Origin: Flavobacteriales bacterium
GTDB taxonomy: Bacteria > Bacteroidota > Bacteroidia > Flavobacteriales_F > PHOS-HE28
Direction of reading: 5' to 3'
Assembly: GCA_016715995.1 (NCBI GenBank)
Contig: JADJXF010000009.1
Span: forward strand, 318,436 to 382,435
Length of the DNA: 64,000 bases
This document shows positions 47,318-57,725 of this stretch, piece by piece. The translations under genes were made by a program, and so were the position numbers. A model generated the notes under the pieces. It was not told the DNA's origin, did no database searches, and saw only the letters and a list, made by a program, of their open reading frames with translations. Within the stretch, counting starts at the first letter, position 1. Each line of letters begins with the position of its first letter.

Positions 47318-49924
47318 ATGAAGCGAAACAACTACCCCAGCATCTCCTTGCCTCTGATCGCTAGGACTTTGTCAATCGCCGTGGCCCTTGGCTGGTTGCC
47401 TCTCGCGGCACGGCGCAATGCACGACGACCAATGCCACCGGCTGCCAATGCAGAACGTCCGGCCAGACGAACTGCGAGCTGCTACCGGACATCCAGATTT
47501 CGTGGTATGCGCTGGCGAACTACGCGAGTGGCCCGAACCAGTATGCGCAGAATGCCACGAGCAATGCGGGTCGCCTAAAGGTAAGTGGCAGCACCCCTAA
47601 CCAGGGCTATGGTCCTTTGGAGGCGCGTGGGGTCAACGCCCAACAGCAGCGGACCTTTATCTGCGGCTCGGACACCATTACGGTGAACAATCTGCCGAAC
47701 GACAACAACGGATTCACCTGCTCGAATGGATATGAGGCCAAGCAGAGGCTCTATCAGCGTGTGTATCGCAAAAGGTCGGCACGATGACCTACACGGAGGA
47801 GCTTGCGGCACCATGACCTACCATCCGACGCACAACCACTACCACGTAGATGACTGGACGACGATGACCTTGCGGATTCAGCAAGCAGGCGTTTCCGATC
47901 CGAGGCAGTGGCCCATCGTATCAACAGGTGCCAAGCTGGGGTTCTGCCTGATGGACCTCAGCACCTGTCCCAATAGCCCTGGGCATTGCCGTACCTCGCA
48001 GCTGTACAATCAGGGAACAGCGCTCAATTCATCGAGCAATTTTCCGAACTATGGATTAGGAATCGGGTATTCCTGTTCCGAGAATTTCCAAGGCATCAGC
48101 GCAGGCAAGACGGACATCTACGACGAAGGGCTCGATGGCATGTGGATCAACATGCTCCCAGGAGACCCGGGAATGCCCGTGCTCTGCAACGGGAACTATT
48201 GGATCGTTGCCGAGGTGGATCCGCGCAATGCCTGGCGGGAGGAGGATGAAGAGAACAACTATACCGCGATTCCCTTCACTGTGAGTTCGCAAAAGGCCGC
48301 AGGCAGCGGTGGTTCAGGGAGCATGCTCACGAACAAGCGCTCTCTCCTTGCGCCAGGAGAGACCATCACACTGACGGCAACGCCGGGCTTCAGCTACCTC
48401 TGGAGCACAGGTGCGACATCACGGTCGATTACGACCTCGACACCCGGAACCTACTCATGCACCGTAACGGCTCCTTGTGGATCCATTGCGACGCCGAGCA
48501 TCACGGTGAGTGTCTTGAGCGCTCCTGCTGCGCCGGTTGGGACGGGCACCACGGTGCTGACGGGCAACTCCGCGCAGATTTCCGCGACAGGCGCGAATGT
48601 CCGGTGGTTCGACGCGGCCTCGGGCGGCAGTCAGGTTGGGACGGGCAACGCATTCAACACGCCGGTGCTGACCAATACGACGTCCTACTGGGCGCAGAAT
48701 TTCAACGTGTCACCAGGAATCTCAGTGAACGCTGGCAAGGCTGACAATTCCGGTGGCGGAGGATACTTCAACGGTAAGCATTGGCTCTATTTCGACGCGT
48801 TCGAGCCCTTCAAGCTCCGATCCTTCAAGGTGTACGCCAACTCGTTCGGCAAGCGCCAGTTCGTTCTCCGCGATCAGCTCGGCAACCTCATCGCCGAGAA
48901 ATTCGTGGAGCTGCCATCGGGCATGAGCGTGGTCAACGTGGAGTGGGATGTACCTGCCGGGGTGCAGCACGCCATCACCGCCTTCGACGATAATAGCGAC
49001 GTGTTCCAGGACCTTTACCGGAACAATGCGGGCGTCTCTTATCCGTACACGATTGGCAGCGTCGGTTCCATCACCGGCTCCTCTGGCGGCCCCGGTGTCT
49101 ATTACTTCCTGTATGATTGGCTGGTGACGACCAATACGGTGGAGTCCGGCAGCACGCGCACCATGGTCACTGCCAACGTCACGGAAGGCGTTCTGGTGGA
49201 TGTGAAAGCCATCCTCGATGGTCCGTACAATTCAGGCACCGGCCTCATGAACGATGCACTTCGAGTGGCCGGTCTGCTCCCGACCGCCGAACCATACGCA
49301 GGTTTGGGCTTCACGCATGCCTCCAACGGCGGCGGTGAGACCCTCACCCCGGCGATGCTGCAGGCCACTGGTTCCGCCGCTCCCGTGGATTGGGTGCTGA
49401 TTGAGCTTCGCAATGCCGCGCAACCGAGCCAGGTTGTCGCTACGCGCAGCGCGGTGCTTACCCGAGCAGGGAACGTTGTTTCCGGCTCAGGTGGGCCGAT
49501 ACGGTTGGGCGCGCTGAATGGCAGCTACTATGTCGCCATTCGCCACCGGAATCATCTGGGCGTGATGACGGCCAGTGCCTTGAGCCTTGGTCAGACAAGT
49601 ACAGTCATCGATTTCAAGTCCGGTTCGACCGCGACTTGGGGTACGGATGCACGCCAAACGAACGGCTCCGTCATGACCATGTGGTCTGGCAATGTGGAGC
49701 GCAATAACAACTTGAAGTATGTGGGCGAGCAGAACGACCGGGACCCCATACTGCTGGCCGTTGGTGGTTCAGTGCCCACCAATACCGCGCAAGGCTACCT
49801 CTCGGCTGATGCCAACCTCGATGGGCTCGTTAAGTATGTTGGTGAACTGAATGACCGCGACCCCATCCTTCTGAACATCGGCGGCTCCGTGCCTACCAAT
49901 GTGCGTTTTGAACAACTGCCCTGA
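47318..49924 (+). CDS. lysyl-oxidase-like (LOX, copper amine oxidase) domain protein with Ig-like repeats and two dockerin-like C-terminal segments; the 5' region is frameshifted twice
   Basis: Signal in frame A (MKRNNYPSISLPLIARTLSIAVALGWLPLAA, 47318-). The LOX N-half is in frame B (CELLPDIQISWYALANY...AGRLKVSGSTPNQGYGPLE..., ending TGA 47785). The LOX core is back in frame A from 47726 (GTMTYHPTHNHYHVDDW...GAKLGFCLMDLSTC...NFPNYGLGIGYSC...MPVLCNGNYWIVAEVDP...EDEENN) and aligns to human LOX WEWHSCHQHYH...GHKASFCLED...DCQWIDITDV. The A4 run at 47770-47773 is the likely second shift site. C-terminus: two DANLDGLVKYVGELNDRDPILL dockerin-like loops. Confidence 0.6.
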
Positions 49925-51325
49925 TTCTCCAACTTGGCAGCCCCTGGCGGATTCCCTACGCTGACTTCCTGAACCATACCCCTCAACCAAAACCTGTGTC
50001 CATGCTGTTCAATTTTTCCCAAGCGTGCAAGCGCCTTTCCATCGCGCTGGCGATATCCACCTTCGCTGGTTCCGTCGCGCTGGCGCAATTGCCGACCAAC
50101 GTGGAAATCGATTTGGCTCCAGGTGTTGGAACCAACCAGTTGGATGTGCGGCTGAAGGCGAATGGCGCGTCATTCTCTGAGGTGATCAGCGGCCTCACGT
50201 TCACTATTCGATGGCCAGGCACATCTCCGGCTGGATTGGGTGTCTTCAATAGTGCATGGTGCCCATCTCCATCGCTGGCGCTCAATGTTGGAGGGTCTGC
50301 CCAGGTGACGGATGGAAGTTTTCACTACCGCACGTACACTTCCACCGGTACGGCTCAGATTGGGGAGACACAGAATAATTCAGGTTGCGGTGATTTTGGG
50401 CAGGTTTTGCCGGCAGGCACATGGATAACGATCGGCACCATTGGCATTTCAACCAACACCACGTGCACTCAGTTCCAGATTGTCAACGATGCATTCACAG
50501 GTGCGAACAATAGGAACTTCTTCGTTTCGCTGAATGGCGTTCAAGGACTTGCCGGTCCCATTGAGGGCAATCCGGTTTGCACGAGCAACACCGCCTGTGG
50601 CGTAACGATAGGGAGTATAGGCAGCAATGGGCCCATCTGTGTCGGATCCACATTGAACCTGACCGCTAGCGCCACGGGGACGGCATTGACGTATAGCTGG
50701 ATCGGACCGAACGGATTCACCTCCAATCTTCAGAATCCGAGCATAGTCGGTGCTACGAGTCTCGCCTCCGGTACTTACACGGTCACGGTGGCATCCAACG
50801 GGTGCCAGAGTAGGAGCCGGACGATTGATGTGGCGGTCACTACTCCGAATAACCCTGGTACTTTGAGTGGGGATCAGACCATTTGCGTGGGCGGCGGCAC
50901 CACATTCTTCAGCACTGTCACCGGAGGAAGCTGAGGACGCACGGGCAACACGCTTGCTGCCACGGTCGACCCTTTACCGGGGATATAGACCACCAGGGGG
51001 CCAGGTTCAACGCTGATTACGTACACGGTGACCGCGGTGCACCTTGACCGGCACACCTCAAGGGACTTTTGCCGCGCCGAGTGCGACCATCAATTACGCG
51101 GGTTCGCCCTATTGCAGCACTGCAGGAACAGTGAGTGTGACGCAGACCGGAACTTCCGGCGGGACCTATTCCGCCAACCCGGCCGGCTTGAGCATCAATG
51201 GCAGCACGGGTGCTGTGAATACCGGCACCAGCACGCCCGGCACTTACACGGTGACGTACGCCATTACTGGAACTGGCGGATGCGCTGATTTCGAGACCAC
51301 CGCGCAGATCACCATAACGGCTGCT

Positions 51326-53512
51326 CCGACGGCGGGCACCTTGAGCGGTACGCCTCAGGGGATCTGCGTGGGCGGCACGACGACCTACGCGATCAGCGGC
51401 AACAGCGCGACTGGCACCTGGGGCACGCAGGACGTCAACATAGCCACGGTGGTGAACGGGTTGGTGACGGGCGCTGGCCCTGGCACGACGAACATCACTT
51501 ACACGGTGGCAGGCACGGGCGGCTGCAACGCTGCGACGGCCACGCGGTCGGTGACGGTGACGGCGCCTCCGACGGCGGGCACCTTGAGCGGCACGCCTCA
51601 GGGCATCTGCGTGGGCGGCACGACGACCTACGCGATCAGCGGCAACAGCGCGACTGGCACCTGGGGCACGCAGGACCCCAACATAGCCACGGTGGTGAAC
51701 GGGTTGGTGACGGGCGCTGGCCCTGGCACGACGAACATCACTTACACGGTGGCAGGCACGGGCGGCTGCAACGCTGCGACGGCCACACGGTCGGTGACGG
51801 TGACCGCGCCCCCTGTAGCGGGCACGATCAGCGGTACGCCTCAGGGGATCTGCGTGGGCGGCACGACGACCTACGCGATCAGCGGCAACAGCGCGACGGG
51901 CACCTGGGGCCCGGATAACGCCTCGGTGGCCCCGGTGGTGAACGGGTTGGTGACGGGCCAGGCCCCGGCACGACGAACATCACTTACACGGTGGCGGGCA
52001 CGGGCGGCTGCGTAACGCTGCGACCGGCCACGCGGTCGGTGACGGTGACGGCGCCCCTATGGCGGGCACCTTGAGCGGCACGCCACAGGGCATCTGCGTG
52101 GGCGGCACGACGACATACGCGATCAGCGGCAACAGCGCGACGGGCACTTGGGGCACGGATAACGCCTCGGTGGCCACGGTGGTGAACGGCCTGGTGACGG
52201 GCCAGGGCCCGGGCACGACGAACATCACTTACACGGTGGCAGGCACGGGCGGCTGCAACGCTGCGACGGCCACACGGTCGGTGACGGTGACCGCGCCCCC
52301 TGTAGCGGGCACGATCAGCGGTACGCCTCAGGGGATCTGCGTGGGCGGCACGACGACCTACGCGATCAGCGGCAACAGCGCGACTGGCACCTGGGGCACG
52401 GATAACGCCTCGGTGGCCACGGTGGTGAACGGCCTGGTGACGGGCCAGGGCCCGGGCACGACGAACATCACCTACACGGTGGCGGGCACGGGCGGCTGCA
52501 ACGCTGCGACGGCCACGCGGTCGGTGACGGTGACGGCGCCTCCGACGGCGGGCACCTTGAGCGGCACGCCTCAGGGCATCTGCGTGGGCGGCACGACGAC
52601 ATACGCGATCAGCGGCAACAGCGCGACGGGCACTTGGGGCACGGATAACGCCTCGGTGGCCACGGTGGTGAACGGCCTGGTGACGGGCGCTGGCCCTGGC
52701 ACGACGAACATCACTTACACGGTGGCAGGCACGGGCGGCTGCAACGCTGCGACGGCCACACGGTCGGTGACGGTGACCGCGCCCCCACGGCGGGCACCTT
52801 GAGCGGTACGCCTCAGGGGATCTGCGTGGGCGGCACGACGACCTACGCGATCAGCGGCAACAGCGCGACTGGCACCTGGGGCACGCAGGACGTCAACATA
52901 GCCACGGTGGTGAACGGGGTGGTGACGGGCGCTGGCCCTGGCACGACGAACATCACTTACACGGTGGCAGGCACGGGCGGCTGCAACGCTGCGACGACCA
53001 CGCGTCGGTGACGGTGACGGCACCTCCACGGCAGGCACCTTGGCGGTACGCCGCAGGGCATCTGCGTGGGCGGCACGACGACTTACACGATCAGCGGCAA
53101 TAGCGCATCTGGCAGCTGGGGCACCCAGGACCCCTTGGTGGCCACGGTGGTTGGCGGCGTTGTGACGGGCCAAGGCCCGGGCACCACGAACATTACTTAC
53201 ACGGTGGCTGGCACGGGCGGTTGCAACGCTGCGACGGCCACGCGCTCGGTGACGGTGACGGCACCTCCCACGGCAGGGACGATCGCTGGTACCCCGCAGG
53301 GCATCTGCGTGGGCGGCACGACGACTTACACGATCAGCGGCAACAGCGCGACTGGCACCTGGGGCTCGCAGAACACTGCGGTGGCCACGGTGGTCGGTGG
53401 CGTTGTCACAGGCCAGGGCCCCGGCACGACGAACATCACCTACACGGTGGCTGGCACGGGCGGTTGCAACGCTGCGACGGCCACGCGGTCGGTGACGGTG
53501 ACGGCGAATCCT
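51326..53512 (+). repeat. nine tandem 243-bp repeats, each encoding an 81-aa BIG2-like Ig domain
   Basis: Unit: APPTAGTLSGTPQGICVGGTTTYAISGNSATGTWGTQDVNIATVVNGLVTGAGPGTTNITYTVAGTGGCNAATATRSVTVT. Units start at 51326, 51569, 51812, 52055, 52298, 52541, 52784, 53027 and 53270. They are over 90% identical, with scattered 1-3 nt indels. Confidence 0.9.
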
Positions 53513-53739
53513 GCGGCACCAACTCCTGATAGCTATGGCCCACTTTGCTCAACCGCCTCGCCTATCATCTTAGGCGGCAGTCCTTCCGGTGGTGTTTGGA
53601 CTGGTGTAGGAGTAAGCGGAACAGGTCCCTACACATTCAACCCTGCAGTTGGCACGCAACTGCTCACTTACACGATTACTGTTGGTGGGTGTAGCAATAG
53701 CGCTTCAACCACAGTGAACGTAGGTGTATGCGACTGCGC

Positions 53740-55800
53740 AGGCGTGATTAATGGCACCGCATTTATCGATGGCTGCAACAATTGCGTGGGTGGCACAACG
53801 GGTTTGGATCCATGCGGGAACGACTGCTTGGGAGTGCCTGGTGGCAATGCCCAGGTGGATGCCTGCGGCGTGTGCTACGCGAACGGCCCCGCCAACCCGC
53901 TATGGAACACCACCTGCGCGGACTGCCTTGGCGTTCCCAACGGCAATGCCCAAGTGGATGCCTGCGGCGTGTGCTACGCGAATGGTCCTGCCAACCCGCT
54001 ATGGAACACCACCTGCGCGGACTGCCTTGGCGTTCCCAATGGCAATGCCCAGGTGGACGCCTGCGGCGTGTGCTACGCGAACGGCCCTGCCAACCCGCTA
54101 TGGAACACCACCTGCGCGGACTGCCTTGGTGTTCCCAACGGCAATGCCCAGGTGGATGCCTGCGGCGTGTGCTACGCGAACGGTCCCGCCAATCCGCTTT
54201 GAACACCACCTGCGCGGACTGCCTTGGCGTTCCCAACGGAAATGCCCAGACAGATGCTTGCGGCGTGTGCTACGCGAACGGCCCTGCCAACCCGCTATTG
54301 AACACCACCTGTGCGGACTGCCTTGGCGTGCCTAACGGAACTGCCCAGACAGATGCTTGCGGCGTGTGCTACGCGAACGGCCCTGCCAACCCGCTTTGGA
54401 ACACGACCTGTGCGGACTGCCTTGGCGTGCCTAACGGAACTGCCCAGACAGATGCTTGCGGCGTGTGCTACGCGAACGGCCCTGCCAACCCGCTTTGGAA
54501 CACCACCTGCGCCGATTGCCTTGGCGTGCCCAACGGCACTGCCCAAACGGATGCTTGCGGCGTGTGCTACGCGAACGGTCCGGCTAACCCGCTATGGAAC
54601 ACGACTTGCGCCGATTGCTTGGGCGTACCCAACGGCACTGCCCAGACCGATGCTTGCGGGGTGTGCTATGCGAACGGTCCTGCCAACCCGCTTTGGAACT
54701 CCACCTGCACAGATTGCGCTGGGGTGGTGAATGGATTGGCCATTTATCGATAACTGCGAAGAGTGTGTTGGAGGAACTACGGGCTTGGATCCGTGCGATA
54801 ATGACTGCCTTGGTGTGCCAGGAGGCACGGCCCAAACAGATGCCTGCGGCGTGTGCTACGCGAACGGCCCTGGCAACCCGCTTTGGAACACGACCTGTGC
54901 GGACTGCCTTGGCGTGCCTAACGGAACTGCCCAGACAGATGCTTGCGGCGTGTGCTACGCGAACGGCCCGCACCCGCTGCACGACCTGTGCGGACTGCCT
55001 TGGCGTGCGTAACGGAACTGCCCAGACAGATACTTGCGGCGTTTGCGACGCGAACGGCCCTGCCAATACGCTTTGGAACACGACCTGTGCGGACTGCTGG
55101 CGTGCTAACGGAACTGCCCAGCAGATGCTTGCGGCGTGTGCTACGCAACGGCCCTGCCAACCCGCTTGGAACACCACCTGCGCGGATTGCCTTGGCGTTC
55201 CCAACGCCACTGCCCAAACGCACGCTCGCGGCGTGCGCTACGCGAACGGCCCGGCTAACCCGCTATGGAACACGACTTGCGCCGATTGCTTGGGCGTACC
55301 CAACGGCACTGCCCAGACCGTGCTTGCGGGGTGTGCTATGCGAACGGTCCTGCCACCGCTTTGGAACTCCACCTGCACGATTGCGCTGGGGTGGTGAATG
55401 GATTGGCATTTATCGATAACTGCGAAGAGTGTGTTGGAGGAACTACGGGCTTGGATCCGTGCGATAATGACTGCCTTGGTGTGCCAGGAGGCACGGCCCA
55501 AACAGATGCCTGCGGCGTGTGCTACGCGAACGGCCCTGCCAACCCGCTATGGAACACCACCTGCGCGGACTGCCTTGGCGTTCCCAACGGCAATGCCCAG
55601 GTGGATGCCTGCGGCGTGTGCTACGCGAACGGTCCTGCCAACCCGCTGTGGAACACCACCTGCGCGGACTGCCTTGGCGTTCCCAACGGCAATGCCCAGG
55701 TGGATGCCTGCAGCGTATGCTACGCGAACGGCCCTGCCAACCCGCTGTGGAACAGCACCTGCGCGGACTGCGAGGGTGCACCCAACGGTCCTGCTCAACC
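53740..55800 (+). repeat. about 20 tandem 99-bp repeats encoding a Cys-rich 33-aa module, organised into higher-order units each led by a longer module
   Basis: Unit TTCADCLGVPNG(N/T)AQ(V/T)DACGVCYANGPANPLWN. Longer lead modules GV(I/V)NG(T/L)AFIDNCEECVGGTTGLDPC(G/D)NDCLGVPGG..DACGVCYANGP occur at 53745, 54716 and 55384. There are many single-nt indels between 54180 and 55380. Confidence 0.85.
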
Positions 55801-57251
55801 CGGCACTCCTTGCGATGATGATGACGAGCTGACGGATAATGATACGTGGACTACAGGATGCGCATGCGAGGGCACCCCCATCGGCAACTGCACTGAGTTC
55901 CTGACCATCGAGATCCGTACGGATGTGAATGGTAGCCAGACTTCCTGGGAGGTCCGCGAGTTGGTCACCAACATCCTTGCTGCGAGCGGAGATGGATACG
56001 CGGATGACGCCGTTGTAACTGACGACATGTGCTTGGCAGAGGGCTGCTACCGACTGACGGTGTTCGATGCGGGCTTTGACGGTATCGCGGGCGGCGGGTA
56101 TATCCTACGCACCTCGGGGAATCCGGGCCAGCGCATCATCGACAACCGTGCGAACTTCAGCGCCGGCCAAGTGAGCGCAATCGCGAATGGCGAGGGCTTC
56201 TGCGTGCCATTGGGCATCAGCCGCTTGATCTTCACGAGCTGCGACAAGCTCGACTGGGTCAACAACCAGTTCATCGTCGCCAATGATGAAGCGGCGGTCA
56301 ACGCCGAATGGATTGTGGGAGGCGCGAATGGCGTGCAGGATACGAATACGGGCTATGAGTTCTGGTTCTTCAACCCGAACGGTGGGTATTCGTTCCGTCG
56401 GTTCCGCAGCCATGCGACATCTGATGGATACCCGGCTACTGGACCCACCCGCGCATGCCACACCAAGGTCAATACGTGGGCGGCGGCGAACCACATCCCA
56501 GCCTTCCAGTTGATGAACGTTCGCGTCCGAAGCCGCATCAATGGCGATTACAATCCCTGGGGTCCAGCGTGTCGCTTCAAGATCGATCCTGTTCGTGCAG
56601 CTTGCCCACTGACCAAATTGGAGGACATTCCGGGCAATTCCTTCTATAGCTGCAATGTGACCCGTGCCTGGGGACAGATGCTCTACTGCAAGAAGGTCAC
56701 GAATGCCACGCAGTACCAGTTCCGGTTCCGCAACGCGGAGCTGGTCACCCCTGTGGTTCGGACTCGGACAACATGGAACCTCCAGATGAACTGGACTCCA
56801 GCCTTGCCGAGCGGATCATACCAAGTTGATGTACGGGCATTCTTGAATGGACAGTGGTGCATCAGCGGTGCTGAATGGGGTGATGCCTGCATGGTCACCA
56901 TCACGGGATCGCCGGGCGCGTCCGATGGCCAGCAGAACCTGACCTTAGGGTCCGGACTAGCGATGGACGCGACCATGACCCTCAGCCCGAACCCGAATGG
57001 TGGTGATTGGATGCAATTGCATCTCAACGCGACGCAGGACGGTATCGAGAATGCCACTTTGGAGGTCTACGACTTGGTCGGTCAGCGCGTGATGACCACT
57101 CAGGTGCCGGTGAATGGCGGCCAGATCAACGGAGTGGTGGAACTGAGCAATTTAGCGAGCGGCACATACTTGGTGAACTTGGTCGCCGGCACGGAGCGGT
57201 ACACGCAACGACTGGTGATAAGTCGCTGATACATGAGAGCAGATTGAGGCT

Positions 57252-57290
57252 GAAAGGGCCGACTCGTGAGAGTCGGCCCTTTCAGCTTGT
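57252..57290 (+). terminator. rho-independent terminator of the giant adhesin gene
   Basis: gaaagggccgactc-gtgag-agtcggccctttc, a perfect 14-bp stem, followed by agcttgtt. Confidence 0.6.
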
Positions 57291-57341
57291 TGACCTCGCA
57301 AGTACCCGAATAAAGCTTGCTCAATCCTAGGCTAAGCCAGA

Positions 57342-57361
57342 AACTACGTAGAACTACGTAG
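57342..57361. repeat. tandem AACTACGTAG x2 (contains the palindromic octamer CTACGTAG twice)
   Basis: gaaactacgtagaactacgtagaaatc in the intergenic region. Possible dimeric TF-binding site. Confidence 0.3.
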
Positions 57362-57438
57362 AAATCGGCCCTAAACACCCCTGAAAATACCAAGAACTCG
57401 GTATTGTGAGGCCATTGGAGGGAGGTCACCTTGGTGGC

Positions 57439-57570
57439 ATGAAAACCATCAACGCATTCCTCCGCTGCGAGCTTCCGCTCACCCCGTCCACCGAACGGAT
57501 TAATCGCATCTGCTTCGTGGTTTCGATGCTCGGCCTGACGGCCCTGGTGACGGTGATTGGAATGAGCTAG
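57439..57570 (+). CDS. possible small hydrophobic ORF (43 aa)
   Basis: GGAGG 11 nt upstream. MKTINAFLRCELPLTPSTERINRICFVVSMLGLTALVTVIGMS. Not in the ORF track because it is under 60 aa. Weak. Confidence 0.2.
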   Translation: MKTINAFLRCELPLTPSTERINRICFVVSMLGLTALVTVIGMS

Positions 57571-57677
57571 CAGCCTCTCATCCTCCGGCGGGCACTATGC
57601 CGGGTATGCTATCCGCCCGCCGCTATCGTTCGAAGCCCTGGGTTGGACACCCCGGGGCTTCGGCGCATCTGCGCCAA

Positions 57678-57712
57678 ATGAACAGCCCCGCTGGAAGCGG
57701 GGCTGTTCATCC
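57678..57712 (-). terminator. rho-independent terminator downstream of gap (minus strand)
   Basis: gaacagccccgct-ggaa-gcggggctgttc stem-loop 15 nt beyond the gap stop. On the minus strand it is followed by ATTTGG. Confidence 0.55.
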
Positions 57713-57725
57713 AGGTAGGCTCGCC

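Larger units (their letters stand above)
50002..57229 (+). pseudogene. giant (about 7.2 kb, about 2400 aa if restored) T9SS-sorted repeat adhesin: signal peptide, N domain, Ig-like/SprB-like modules, 9 BIG2-like repeats, about 20 Cys-rich 33-aa repeats, C-terminal sorting domain; the reading frame is interrupted at least 8 times
   Basis: Signal MLFNFSQACKRLSIALAISTFAGSVALAQ. The ORF track splits the region into eight overlapping ORFs in different frames: 49996.., 51044.., 52059.., 52799.., 53066.., 53782.., 54594.., 55265..57229. There are in-frame TGA 50932 and TAG 50986. The final ORF ends ...MTLSPNPNGGDWMQLHLNATQ...LEVYDLVGQRVMT...GTYLVNLVAGTERYTQRLVISR (Por_Secre_tail). Either a pseudogene or indel errors in the repeats. 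Confidence 0.7.

Noticed and set aside
51980-52228. I considered programmed ribosomal frameshifting or phase-variable switching as the explanation for the multiple frame changes in the adhesin.
   Set aside because: The shifts occur at many different sequence contexts (G/C homopolymers, 2-3-nt insertions, in-frame stops) with no shared slippery heptamer or downstream structure. Indel error or decay is far more parsimonious, although slipped-strand variation at repeats cannot be excluded without reads.
53751-55500. Numerous 80-320-aa ORFs on both strands across the 99-bp repeat array (e.g. 53751..54335, 53763..54236 -, 54584..55210 -, 55398..55832), rich in Pro/Arg/Cys/Ala.
   Set aside because: They are alternative-frame readings of the tandem Cys-rich repeats. 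The only frame giving a coherent repeated protein module (…DCLGVPNG…DACGVCYANGP…) is the adhesin frame. The rest are byproducts of repeat periodicity and indels.
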